Shown piece by piece: positions 47,380 to 62,000 of a stretch of 64,000 bases of DNA (the first letter of the stretch is position 1; each line of letters begins with the position of its first letter). The notes under the pieces are model-generated. The model did not search any database. It was given only the letters and a program-made list of their open reading frames with translations, and had not been told where the DNA came from. Source of the DNA: Lingula anatina (Eukaryota; Animalia; Brachiopoda); assembly GCA_051362555.1 (NCBI GenBank), contig CM120648.1:3158587-3222586 (forward strand), given 5' to 3'. Position numbers and translations under genes: made by a program.

Positions 47380-48783
47380 ACGTGAGGCAAGACATGGTTC
47401 CTCTGGTATGTCATAGAGACAGGATGTTAACAAAGAAGGAAGCCATTATGGATCAGCAAGGATTGAAAGCATTTCCTTTGTCTGGCTTGGATTTTTATTG
47501 CTGTAGAACTCACAAAGAGAAGTCCACACTGCTCAAAATTGACCACTGGCATTAATGTCTGCAGTCTAGCTAGGTACTAGTAGTAGCTTTGTTGTCCTTT
47601 TTGTTGTAAAACTCTCAGGAGATATGGAAAGTCTGTTGTCATACTTGAAATTGGCCAAGACATAAATGCCTCCAGTGGTTTTTTTATTAGCTTTTAGTGT
47701 ACAGTACTTGAAATATTGTTTCAAGTCGGTGATTCATTTTCCTCAAGGTAAGTTTACAGACTAGAATGTGTGCATCAGTTGACAAGATTTCTGGTGAACA
47801 AAGAAGCACAAATAGTCATGTGTTAGCACATTTATTTGTGTTTTTCTATGGTGTAGATCTACAAGAGCGTATGTGCTTTCTCATGTTGTTGTGAAAAAGG
47901 TAGGTAAGTACTGACGCATGATGATTTGTGCTAGTCAGTGTTTTATTTACAATTTGGAACTAGAGAGTCAGATGACTCGCTGACACTGCAGATTACGAGT
48001 CATTTTTTATTTTCAGGAGTCAAAATTTTCCCGCCTTTTTGGAATGGGTAATTTTAACTAGTAATGATGCATACAACCATATATTATGTAAATAGATTGT
48101 ACATGAATTGAGGTTGTTTATTTGTAATTGTTGTATTCCAGACTTAAAGTATAGAATTCTATCTACAGGAACTGAAGAATACAAAAAAAAAAAGAAAAAA
48201 AAAAACAGCTTTTGTATAAGTGTATTCAACATATGACAACAAACACACTAATAGTCATACAACTTCAAAATGATATGGACAAAAGTATGCATTTTGATTT
48301 TTTTTTCTAACAAAAACCGTTAAAACAAAGGATTATTAACATGATTAAACCTAAAGGTAGATATATGAACAAAAAATCACCAAGATAAACGATAAATTAA
48401 AATTGATATGGATAAACTTTGTGTTGACTAGTATGTAAAAAAATATTTTTTAAAAATTATATGGACATAAATGGAAAACAATTTATATAGGAGGGAATAA
48501 GATTGTCAAACACAAAAAAGTAGATAAATGAAGACAAGGAATTTCAATAGATAATTACTACGGCAATAACAAATTATATTCCAATCTGGAAAAATTATGT
48601 TTTGACTATTAAACATAAAAACACAATACTAGACATTTCACCTGCGATTTTATACACGTAGTGTAACATATTTTAACCATTTAGAGTAATCTCTGTCACC
48701 AGTTTGCGGACTAAACTGTTTTTTATGTCAAACCAATTACATTTGGATCTTAAAACACAATAAAATATTTAAATTGAATTTAA

Positions 48784-49950
48784 GGTAGTAATTAACAGTA
48801 AATTGTCAAAATTTGGGTGTTTTTCTGAATTTGTCAGTATTAGATAGATGAAATATCAACTACATATCAGCCTATCTTAAAATAATGGAAGTTTACAAAT
48901 AAACCCGTAATTTTAGCCTAATTGCTGATTTACCCCTGTGGTAGCGTGTCTGAGTTTTAAAGTAGGTCACACTTGTCCATATATGTGTTTGATTGGCAGC
49001 TCCACTGTGCAGCTGTATATTTCCCCGTACTAGATTGCTGCTAAGCCTTTCACATTCTGTGAGTAACGTCGCGCTTTCACTTGCCAAACAATACTTTTCA
49101 TTTTGAATTTATCAGTGAACTTAATTCTGACGATCTATTAAAGCTTTAAAAAGCAGACATATAGATGAGACGTATATGGGCAAAGGCACTCCCCCTAGGT
49201 GTCACGTGGTGAAGAAGGCTGACGTCACGACTAACATGGTGGCTGCTGTCAATGCATGGAGGGGGCCTCCGGTTGAAAATGTTCAATATTAATGTTGAAA
49301 ATGGATGAAAGACATAGTGACAGTTACATAGGCAGTGAGTAGAGGGCTGAACCAGTATAAATAACTAAATTTCTCAGCTTGCCAATGCAGCTCACTGATT
49401 ATATAACGTTGGAATCTCCGGGGAGCACTAAAAGGCTGATTTCTCTGCTTCAGTTTATGGCTTCAAGAGAACGATATAGACCAGTGTCAAAATTAATTAG
49501 AACTTTCAACCGATGAAAGCTGGTATTCATTCGTTAGATCTAAGGTTTGTCTGAAAGTATGTGTCTGGGATTTCATAACATCAGCTCCGTTTTCAACTTA
49601 GGCATGCTGTAGTTAGGCTAGGGGGTCTCGTTGAACTGGAAACCAAGTTTATTTTGATATCTCTGCTAATTTAACACATATCGCTAATTTGAGGCGCATT
49701 CTTGTTGATCCCTATGAGGGCTCACGAGTCAAGCTGTCTACACATGTCCATTTGTAGTGGACTTCTAGTTTTTAAGGTGTAAAGATCATGTTGAGCACAC
49801 CTATTAAGCATTATATCTCATTACGTAACGATCACATAATAAAATAAGGATATGAAATGAAGAGCTGTTGAAATAAGCTTTCTATTGATATGTAACATGT
49901 CGGTATATCTTGGCTGGTTTAGAAGATAGCTACCCCTGTTATCTACATCC
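48784..49950. mobile_element. Possible Kolobok-like non-autonomous DNA transposon
   Basis: TTAA|GGTAGTAATTAACAG ... CTGTTATCTACATCC|TTAA imperfect TIRs with TTAA flanks; no ORF. Confidence 0.45.
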
Positions 49951-50443
49951 TTAAAAACCCGTATTGTGCCTATAGCAGCATTGTACTAGTAGTGTACTAT
50001 CGGTGGCAAGTTGACATACTTTTTTGCAACACAACAACGATCGGGAATAGGCCTACTAGTACATGTAGGATTAAAAACCTACATGTACTAGTACATGTAG
50101 GTTTTTAATCGGCAATATTACAACACTTTTGAAAGTAATTAGTTGTGGCTGTCATACATTAGGGTCAAATGACGCACTAGATCATATTTTTTTGCGTCAA
50201 TTTTAGGATTCATGCGTTTTTTACGCATGACGCAGAGGTAAATAAAACACTGCTAGTTGATATCGTTTCTGTACATGATTGATGCATTAAAGGTGAAGTC
50301 GTATGTATATATTTCAGACAAAGGTTTCGATGTTAAACGTCTGCTCACATTACATATTAGATAAGAATAAATGATTTTTTCAAAGGTTTTATTTCCTTCA
50401 CCAGATGGTTGTTATGTGTTTATATTACTTTCAAACAGACATT

Positions 50444-50485
<42 letters not shown>

Positions 50486-51542
50486 CTAAGGTTGAAACCT
50501 CCTTCAAATTGCACATTAACTTTGAGCTTACATTGTCAGTATAGAGTTAGGTAAAGGCAATTTTTGTGTCTTCACTGACTAGTGTCATTGTTTGTCACAA
50601 GGATGTGATTTGTGTTCAGCGACAGGAGTGCACTAGTGTCAATTAACTGATTTATGTTTTTGTTTTATGTAATGTAAAGAAGTGCACTCAGTTAGGTTCC
50701 AATTGCAAGTTAACATTAATTAAATATCTCTCTCACTCTCTCCCCCCCCCCCCCTCCACACACTTACATTTTCTCTGTATGCTCACAGACACTGGCACAG
50801 TAACAACATACATAACCTCAATACCTCATTAACCTTTGAGAAAACTAGGTCTAATTCTTGTCACTGCTAAATTTCCCATCAGGATCCGGGCCTTAGTAAA
50901 GTGTTTTTAAAGAAGGTCATCCATCACCATCAGCTGCTGTGGTTTTGGCTCTGTGGTTTTAATTTTCATATCAGATATGTCCCCACTAGAGGGTTGTATT
51001 TGTGAGGACAAATTTATAAGTGCTCAGTAACCCTTTTTATCATTTGACAATTCTAGTAGCTATTGCAGGTCATCTGAATCTGTGACTTCACTACAAAATT
51101 TGTTGACAAACATGTACAGTAGCTACTGTGCATTAACTCCAAGGGGACTCTTGCTGAATGCAATCAGATTAACAGGCTAACATGCTTCCTCTCATTTCCA
51201 ATGTGCTTCTCTGTATTCTACTCAATGCAAGGCAGAGGTGTGGAGTTAAATTATTTCAATGTTAAGCTGTTGATTGAAGAAAAAATCACTTTATTTTTGT
51301 AACTGTTACATAACACATCGGATGAAATTCTTCTGTTGTGCTTAATTTTGCCTTTTGTGATGATGGTCTTAAATTGCTTGGTGAACAAATTATCCTGCTT
51401 TGACTCACCAGTCGAGATACAAGTGCTAGTGCCTAGATATTCTATTGTCACCAGTGAGAATGAAAATCTTTGTCAGATACTTAGTCTAGTAATCACGCTT
51501 TGCTCTCAGGGTTAAAAAAAAAAAAAGCCACCTGGGAAGCAT

Positions 51543-51590
<48 letters not shown>

Positions 51591-53044
51591 TGAAAGGCAC
51601 TTTTTTTAATGGGCCCCAGGTGTAATAATTTCCCATTAACTTAGAACAGTGCACTGTAAATGGTTTAAATATAGTTTTACATTTGCAGTGTGATATGTAA
51701 CATTTGTCAGTTAATGGGCTATAATGGTCTGAGCTGAGGTGTATCATACACATACTTAAATATTTCTGTGGGCTATTTAAAGACAATCACAGATGTATCT
51801 TGTGGTTGTTACATCTCTTATCTGTAGAAGATACAGTGTGATAGCTTGAAAACAGCTGTGCACTATTACATGTTATACACCAGTTAGCTTTAGAAGTTTT
51901 TTTCTAAGCCAAATCATTCCTTTTCTTCAGTTTCTTTTCCAAATGGTTTAAATTTGACCAAATAAGTCAAACCAACTCTATTTTGTTTAGCCAATTTAAG
52001 TCATTTTTAAATAAATAGCATTTGGCTAAATTAGTAAGTGTTAGTGCTGTCCCAGATAAATGTTGTATAATATTATATATCACAGAAGACTAATGGCTTG
52101 CACAGACTTCTGGGCAATGATGTTGTACATTTGTATAGTTACCAATATATGAAGTATGTGTTTTAGTCTATTAGACCTCCTCTTTGTGACTGAATTATTA
52201 ATTTACCTTAAAGTTTGTTACACTTAAATAGAATAAAATGTCATTGGCTGAAACCAGGTCCATTTTCACAATGACTAAAATATATGACATATATAAACAG
52301 CAAAACTTTCCTTTGTTTAAATCTAAACCAAATTATTATAGGAATAAATAAAGAGAGAATTGAACTGGGATATAACTTAAAAATGACATGCTAAAAACAA
52401 TTTGACTTCACAATTGTTAAAAAAAGGAGGATTAGGATTGAAGACCATGCTTGTAATCTATTATATAGGAGAGACAGTAATAAATAGTTGTCAGAACCAC
52501 AGTCATTAAGATCATATTATATACTGCTTGTATTCCATATTTTGGATGAAGAAAAAGGTTGAATTTGACATTGGATAAAAGAAGTGTCAAAAATTATTTT
52601 TGTGCCACATGTTATGTCTTTTGTTGGATACATAGCTCTTACCAGCTTGTTTTATGTACTAGTAATGGAACAATTTATACAATTCGCCGTTTTTGTTCAG
52701 ATTTGCTATATTGACAAACAAAAACCTTATCAATTTCTTTTAATTTCAAGTACTTGATTGCTCTGTAATAAAATAGAAAGACTCAAGTTTTCATGCTAAT
52801 AACTGATGTCAATTCTGATGTCAATTTATATGTAAAATCAGAGCAATATGAACAAAACTCAATTGTTCATTTTTTCCAAAACTAGTCATGAAAAGATAAA
52901 CCTTGATTTATGCAAAAATAAATTATATTTAGAAAAAAAGAAAAGAACTCCCTGCAATGTTTTTGTTGACAATTAGTATGTATATCAATTTTGACTTTTG
53001 TTTTATCTTCTGTAGGCTGTTGGAGTAGCTAAAATCCTTGCAGC

Positions 53045-56000
53045 ATGACTTCAGTGCAGTCTGGCGACTATACTCTGCTGTCACAGTATGACACGGGCAA
53101 CGAACTGCTGCCATTGGAAGATGGCTACCTGGATGACCTTGACTCCTCAGGTGAAGGTCACGGCTCAGAATCTCCAGAACTGTCAGGACATCGGTCAAGC
53201 GAGGAACTGTCCTTAGGTTCCACAGATGGCAATCAGCAACCACAATCCCAGTTCTTTTTTTCTCTATCGCAGAGTGTCTGTTATACCAAATTTTGTACAG
53301 TCAGTCGTAAACTTGCAGTGTTTCTTCTTACCAATGTGATTGTCTCTGTGTTCACCATACTGTTAGGGTTAAGCCTCACAGGAGGGTTGCTATACTACAC
53401 TATATTTGTTCACCAGCCAAAGCTGGTCATTGACAAGTCGCTGAATTCTTTCAACATTCCCAATCATGAAGTGTCAATACGAGCTGACGGCCTGCGCACT
53501 GCCATTGAGGATATGTATTCCAAGAGCAGGCGACGGCGAGATCTTCAATCTGGGGGCAAGACCCAGCTTAACCAGGCTGGAATGCTTGATGAAATGCTCT
53601 CGAGAAAGAGACGGAATGCTCAAAAGTTTTCTGATATGACATTAAGTGATGGTGGGACAAAGTTACGCCACAGTCGCCATGTTGATTTTTTTCTTGATTA
53701 TTATATACAGGGGAAAACCAGTAGAAACAATCATGTATTAAAAACCAGAAATGTGAGTAGAAAGAAACGAAAGTCACCAGGAGAGATTTTCTATGAAAAA
53801 CACTTTGAACCACATCTCAAGCGAGAACAGAGGAGTGCAGAAGGTGGGACATTTCTGGGGCGTGTCCTCAATCGAATACGACGTCACACATCAGGCACAG
53901 GCTCGCAAGTGGTCAACTCATATGAACAAGTGCATCTGACTTGGAGGATGATGCTAGTTTATATCGCCAAAGGTGGGGACGAAAATATATTCTCCAAAGA
54001 CCGCATTGAGACGGTCCACAAAATAGAGAAAGACATCATGTCCAATAGTAAGTTTACGGATTTTTGTTGGAGGTACATCAACCAGTTAAAGCAAGACCCT
54101 GCCCTTGCTCAAATCCAGGGCTGCATGCCTCCAAATTCTCTCATGACCTACTTTTATCCGTCAGTGACACCAAATGGCGATGTGCACTATGACGGACTTG
54201 GAAATAATATCATTGAGAATGTCACTGATGGACTGAAGAGGGCAATGAGTAAGGAAACATTCTATTGGTTTGTTGATGAAACCATGAACCATACGAACAT
54301 GAAGAGTAGATATCTTAGGACGGAAGTTTACTTTGGTACCCCTCTCAAAGGTGGGTTTCCACAAATGCTCCCATTCAGACTGTTGAACTCAAGATAGTAA
54401 ATATTGTGGCCCAAAAATTAGAAATTTAAAACTCAAGAAAGGTGCAATTTTCTGGGTCGCTTTAGATATGGTCCACTTTGGGTCTCAACAATCACCAAGA
54501 CGATTACCGAAATGAGCTCAGTTCTTTAAATCGCTCTCTTTAATGGTACATTTAAACAGTAATTAAAGACTTTTGTTTCAGGAACAACAATTAGACAGTT
54601 GTCTTTGTAAAAAAGAAGCTCTGTATTTTCATTTTCAATATTCAGGCTATGCATCTCACATGGACAGAAGACCAGAACAAAATGCAAAATTCAAGGAGTT
54701 TGTTGTAACCTATGTGAACAAATTGGACAGGAGTTCCACAAGGTGACTCATTCCTTATTACTAGAACTTACCTGAACCAAGACATTGCTCATATTGCCAT
54801 TGTTTGGAATATGTGCACATTGATTTAAAAAAAAAACTTTTATCGCTTAGTTTCTGTAAAATTTCCTCTAACTTTCTCGACAGAGTCATTGGTCAATGTG
54901 ATATGTTTTTCAATTGTGCACATTCTTTTCAGTATGCATATTCTTTTCAAGGAATTGACTCTAAATGCATCTCAACATTTCAGCAAAGTTCAAGTGCTCT
55001 ATGGCGGCAATGAGATATTCGACTATGAGGTTGACCAGACTTTCAAGAATGACATGTTTCTGGCCATCAGTTCTGCCTGCGCCATCTTCATCATGATGCT
55101 AGTGCTGACCTCTTTCTCATTATGGCTCTCTTTCATTGGACTGCTCAGTGTTGTGATGTGCTTTCCAATGGCCTTATTCTTCTATCATGTTGTCTTTGGC
55201 ATCGAGGCTCTTGGAATACTTAATGGTGCTGCCAGCTTTCTTATAATTGGGATAGGTAGGTGCTGCCACCTTTCTTTCAATTTGTGTAGTTAGGTGTTCC
55301 CACTTTTGTTATATTTGTTAATATAGGTGATGTCATCTTTCCTACAGCTGAAATAGGAAGGTGCTGTTACCTTTCTTATATTTATAAATGTAGGTGCTGC
55401 CACCTTTTTTGCAACTGATATGGTTAGGTGCTGTCACCATGCTAATAACTAGTTTAGGTTTAAAACTTGTAGTCTCTTAGATTGAAAAATATTTTAGAAA
55501 TTGATGTGGTTGAATTTTCTGTAATTTAATCTTTCAAATTAAAATCTTTCAAATTATTTTAGGTTGTGACGATGTGTTTGTGTTCATCAACACATTTCGT
55601 CAGGCTCACCACATGAAGGACGTAGGAACCAGATTCATCCATACTGTCACCACGGCAGGACTGGCGACATTCTTTACTTCCTTCACCACTGCTGCAGCTT
55701 TTGCTGCAAATGTGCCATCTTCTGTGAGTATTAAATATAGTTTTATTTAGGTGTTGTATTATATTGCTGTTTTATATATCTTTTTTGTTATCATCATTTA
55801 TATATCATTAGGGGTTGCTTCACTTACTGGAAATTGTGAGAATTTTCTTCAGAGAAGCCAATTGCCTTACATAGGGTTTGCCTTTCTGAAAAGCAGGGGT
55901 GTGGGGGAGGTCCCTGCTGAGTAACAATATTCTCTGTGACAGTATTCTGCTTTAGGATATTTGTAACTGAAAAATACTTCTACTTACAAGCCACATTTTT

Positions 56001-59000
56001 TCTGTCATGTTGTATTTTTTTCCTATCATGCTTACTGTTATCATTTCTGCCCTGTTATATTTCTAGATCCCTGCGTTACACGAGTTTGGTTTGTTCATGT
56101 GTCTTATCGTGGCATGTTGCTGGGTTGTGGTGATGATTATGCTGCCCCCGGCTCTCAACATCTGGTACCGCTTCTTCTCTAAATGTGAGAGACTCATGTG
56201 CATATGCTGGTAAGTTGGTACAGAGGGAAGTTACTAGTACTTGATATACATTTTCTGGTAAGTTTGATTCAGGTGAAGATAACTTAATGTGTAATTGCTG
56301 GTAAGTTGATTTAGTGAGGTTCTCCGTGTAAATGTATTACCAGTCTGATAAAGTTCAACCAACAGCACTGTCCTTCTCCAAGTGTGAAAGACTTACAATA
56401 TTTGCTGGGAAGTTTATTCATGTGAAGAATATTTGATGAGTACTTGTTGGAAAGTTGGTTCAAACACAATCATAATCAGTTGCAGATCTAATCAATTAAC
56501 AAATCATCCAGCAACATTCTGATACCACATGGTGTTGAAATAACTGTGGAAATACATACAAATTCATGCATTTCTTTGTTTTTATTTCTAACCTACAGTG
56601 CCCACCAATAGATGAGTTATAGTACCATAATAATGATGTTGTTGTGGTCTCCAGGAGCACAAGTTGTTCACTGAAGCACTGATGTTATAAGTCAGAAATT
56701 AGAGATGTTTGCAGTTGCATGTTATTTTTTTTATTGGGTCTTTTTAAACTTATTACAGTGGACAAACATGCAAAGGTCACTCCAGTGTCCAGCTGCCCAC
56801 AGATGTCCAGCACTTCCTGTCAGGTGACCAGACCTCCACAGCAGGCAGCCAATCAGAAGACAGCAGCAACGATGTTCCTTTGTTACAGCTGGATGATGGT
56901 AAGATATTGGTCTAGTTACCTCCACTGATGATGTGAAAGAGGTTCGAACTTCATCTTCGTGGGTTCAGTTTGTTGTGGATGAGTTAGTCGGAAACTCTGG
57001 TAAAATATAGAGGAGGACATTGTCAAGTTTTTCACAGATTTTGTTAAAATGTTCCAAGATAACAGATGTTCATGAGAGAAGTTTAAAATGCTTAAATTTC
57101 AATTGAATCTGTTTTACAGGCGAACTGACTCCTGTCCGCCCGGCTGAAAATGATGAGGATAATGATGAAGATGATGACATGTTGCTGATGTTGGAGGAAG
57201 AACTGCACCAATCTTTAATAGAAGAAGGCAGGACCGCGGAAGGCTGTGGCCTCACTGTCAGAATACAGGCTATCCTATACCACTACGTCGCTGTGCCTGT
57301 TATACATGCCAGATTCTTTGTGATAGGTAAGAGTGGCAATTACTCAACAAATGTCAGCAACATAAATTGATGCCCTTCCCCCCCCCCCCCAAAAAAAAAA
57401 AAAGAAAAAATTTGCAAGTAATACTTTTGAAAAGATTTGAAAAGTTATTAGCTTTATTGTCAAAAAATGACAGTTTTGTGTCTGAATAGTGATACATTTT
57501 GAAAAAGTAGTATGTGAAAAAGTGTGGCATTTGAAGATGTCAAGAAAAATTATGGCATATCATTTAAACAATACCTGTAAATGTCATTGTTCAGATTTCT
57601 AGTTCAGGAAGGTTGGCAGTATGATACATCCAGGCAAAAAGTCAATATAAATATCACCTTAGCAACTAGCATTGGGTGCAGTCCCAATGAAGCATGGCCT
57701 CCGGGAACTTTTTCACTTCATTGTGAGAAAGACGGAGGGCACTCAAAAGTCTATCACCCCCTAGCTGCTCATGGAGGAGTGTCATTCAGTTAATCTGATT
57801 ACATTCAGCATGAATCCCCCACGGAGTTGGATCGATGTACCTAGTGCAATAGTTTCATTGTAAACACAGCCATAGGCACATTGGTCACAGTTTGTCTCCA
57901 TTTCCAGGTGGTTTTCTGATCATGTTAGCTGTGTCTATAGGCCTGATAACCCAGCTCACACCAGCAACAAAACCTCCCCAGCTATTCAAGGAGAACACCA
58001 ACCTTCAGCAGCTCCTGGACCTGAAGGCAAACCTCAGTGCAGATGGCATCTCATGTGTCACCTGTTCTGGGATATTCAAGGTAAAGGGGTGGTTCAAATA
58101 ATAATAATAATAATTGTGAAGTTTATTCAACCATTGGATATAAGTTATAGAATGCACATAAAATTGAAATTGTTTTACCATCTCATGTTTCTGAAATATC
58201 AAGTAAAAATAATACTGAAAAAATATAAAAGCATAGGAATGATGTGTTTGTCTGAGACAATATAATTATTTAGTTAGTTATTTATCAATTAAAGTTATTG
58301 TTTTGTATTTTTTGTATCTGTTTAATCATATTTATTAAAACTGAAAATGAGCAGCTAACATATTTTTTGTACCTTTTTAGGAACAAACCGATCAGATCCA
58401 CAAAGCTCCAACATACACCACGCCCCAGACACACCACAACCCAGCCATGAACCCAACCACTGCCAGGCCAGCTCTGCCACCAGGGGGAGCCACACCAGCC
58501 CATCAAGACACTCCAGTCACCAGAGCTCAGCCAATCATTCCGTACAAGTCCACCCCAAAACCCAAGATAACACCAAGTAGGAAATTCAAGACAACTGGTA
58601 GTAGTACAAGTGCCGTTAAAACCACTACTGCTACACCAACTACAACTACTACTACTACTACAACTACTAGTACTTCTACCAGTACTAGTATGGTGATAAG
58701 GAGAGCAAGTAAGCACAGTATAGTGAGAAAAGGGACCTGGTACTTGGTTGGCTCTTTAGGTGTAGAATCGAACAGATACAGCTTGATAGCTTTATGGAGC
58801 GTATCAATGTAGATGTAGAAAATATAGCATTGTAGGTGTTGGGAATTGTAGGCAACAGTATGAATGCATAAACAGTAGTTTTGGTGTTGGTGAAGCGTGG
58901 GATGCACCTAGTCACTGAACTGGCAAAATCTGGCATGCACCTAGTTACTGAACTGGCAAAATCTGGCATGCACCTAGTTACTGCACTGGCAAAATCTGGC

Positions 59001-62000
59001 ATGCACTTACTTACTAATGATATTTTGTAGCTTGGTATGCACTGCATCTATTTGTCCACATATTGATAACACAAAGGTATTTTAACATTTACCTAACCAC
59101 CAAACTTCTAAATATGGCATGCACCAAGTCAGTATTTGGGTTTTACTAAGACATTGCATTCAGCTTTGTAAAATATTAAAATATGCCTCCCTGAAGGTAA
59201 CTGTTAAAGCATGGCGTTTATCTTATTTCATTAAAGATGAGATATGCCTCACATTCAGTAACTGTGACTATACTTGATGCATGTGCCTTGCTACCATATT
59301 GATAAAGATATTGCATGAACATGTTCATCGGACCATAACTTATAGAATCGAGACATCTAGTAGAGAGTATGATTGTAGTGCATTGCATTGCATGTACCTA
59401 GTTTGGCATTGAGTCTGACTATGGTGCCTTGCATGTACCTAGTAGGGAATTGTATGAGATCATGGTGCCTCGCATGTACCTAGTTTGACACCGGGTCTGA
59501 TTGTGGTACCTTACATGTACCTAGTTGGGCACTGAGTGTAATTATGGTGTCTTGCATGTACCTGGTTATGTTTTGAGTGTGTGGGTTTTGAGTATGATAA
59601 TGGTTCTTGGCATGTACCTAGTTGGGCACTGTGCCTGATTATGGTGCCTGGCATCATCACATGTGCCTAGTTAGGCACTGATTGTAATAGTGGTGCCTGG
59701 CATATACCTAAAAATGTAGATATTGTGATGTGTGCCTTACCGTAAACGATTTATTATTATCCTTAAAATTTGGCATGCACCATTTAGCATGTTACCTTGG
59801 TATTGTGCACGTTACCATACCAACCAAGTACCAAGCTCTTTTCACACTTACAGTAGAGGGTAGGTGCTTGATGGGGAATATAAAGCAATTCTGATTGATG
59901 CTCTGGGTGATGATTTTATAAAGAATCACACTTCTGATTCACATTTGTTTATGAATGAAAATTATATTAACATAATTGGCAAATTATAAAAGTTTTATTT
60001 TCACATGTGGTAATTATTTCCTTAATTAAAACACTGAAAAAATATTGAATAATCATATTTCTCATCTAAAATTAAAAAGTAGAAGTTAAAAAGAATAAAT
60101 TTAATATTATTTATATTTATTAAATACCAAGTTGAATTTATGTGATAAAAGTATGATTTTGTGGATTCATAACAGATTTGATTTTAAAAGAATTTAGATT
60201 ATGGATAAATGTTTGGTGTTTGCAATTTGTAAGTAATTACCATAATGACATTTTATTTTGTTTTATTTGGTTGGTGATTTGTCTTGATTCTGTTAACCTG
60301 TAGGGGGCAAGGGTGTCTCTGGCATAAGAATTCACTTATAAAAGAGGGTATCATTTTGTTCCTGCCTGCTTTTATGTAACTTTTGGTAACAGCCTAATAT
60401 CCACATTTACCAATGATTTTTCATTTGATTTTTTTCTTTTCTTATATCCAAAACCCAATTTTCAATTATCACCAGCATTAACAATAAATCATGTTTTTGT
60501 GCATGAGTAAGTAGACATTTTTCTACCTCCACCACCTCCCCAATTTGTCAGCTTTTAATAATATTAATCTACCTCATCTTCTCTCCTCCTGTAGCCACAG
60601 TATACCCAATACTGCCAGTGAGACCATCCCATGCCACAGAAGCCTCTGTGGAAGACCTTGACCCCTGTGCCAATGGGAAATGTGCCAAAGCGGCCAGCAG
60701 ACCAGTGCTGGAGTCCTCGGCCACCGTCTACGTGGTGTTTGGGATCAGGGGACTGGAGAGGACTGGCGCCAGTGCTGAACACGTGTTGTCTTCTAAGGTA
60801 CATCATTTACTCGATCTTTTCAATAAGGAAAATTATGAATGTATGTACAGGCACAGATAAACACACACACGCACGCACGCACGCGCGCGCACACACACAC
60901 ACACACCGTGACAAACACACCATATCCAAATAACTAAATATGTACAGAATGCTCACTTTCTCATTTTGATTTCTTTTAGGATACTCCCATATATGATGAA
61001 GACTTTGCTGCCGCCTTCAACATGACTGGAGGAATTGATCATATCGACACTGCCGCCCTGCGAGACCTGTGTAAGATCTGCCATCTAGTGGCCAACAACA
61101 GTGAGCTGGTGAAGCCAGGGTCTGCTCAGTGCTTGCCGTCAGGGTTTAACCATAACAAAGCTACTCGGGGTTAGTAAGAAAGTCAATTTTTTCTTTTCTT
61201 TATTTTTTCAAGTAAGATATGTAATAACATTACATTTGATAAAACCATAAGAAAAGCTACACAGGGTAAGTGTGAAAGCCATTTTTGTTTTTATTTTATT
61301 TTATTTTTTACAATTTAGATAGAACAATACTACAAGGTACATTTCATGTAATAGTCAACCAAAAACAATAAATTGTTATCCATACAAAGTCATTTTTCCC
61401 AGAAGTGTTTACATTTGTCAGTATTCAGTAAATATTTCTGTTTTTGTATGTAATTTCAGTTCTGAGATCTGGTCTTCAGCTGTTTCCAGAATGTGCCAAC
61501 CTCCCAGGCACCAAGTATGTCAACAACAAGGCAGTGCCGCAACATGCTTTTGCCAAACTGAACTCCTCTGGTCTTTTTTGGATTGCCTTTGCCTTTGAAT
61601 CAGTATGTTTTCTCATTCTGGTTATTTTTTTTACTACTTTGAATGGATTTGAAAAAATATTTTTTGATATTTGAAAGGCCATCCCATAGTGCTTTCTGCT
61701 ATACAAATTTTGAATTTGTCTTCATCTTTTTTTTTTTACATATTTATTTCTTCCATTTTAACACCTTTACAATGAACAGTGGGTGTAGCTACTGATGTAA
61801 GGGAATGGGGATTTTCTTTTTCCATAACCAAGGGGAAAACGACTTCAGTAAGTAAAGAATGAAATGTGGAATGGTCTACTGTATTGAAAAAAGTAATTGA
61901 CACACATTGGCGTTATTCTTTGTCAGTGATAAACATTTAATTGTGGATACTCTCTTAATACATGTAAACAATACATCTTTCTTTTCTTCAGACGACTGCT

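Noticed and set aside
48020-48760. Possible decayed LINE fragment
   Set aside because: The composition is suggestive, but no RT or zinc-knuckle motif could be read convincingly.
58527-59047. Minus-strand poly-Val and CMPDFASSVTR-repeat ORFs
   Set aside because: They are antisense to the Thr-rich DISP3 exon and to a 33-bp minisatellite.
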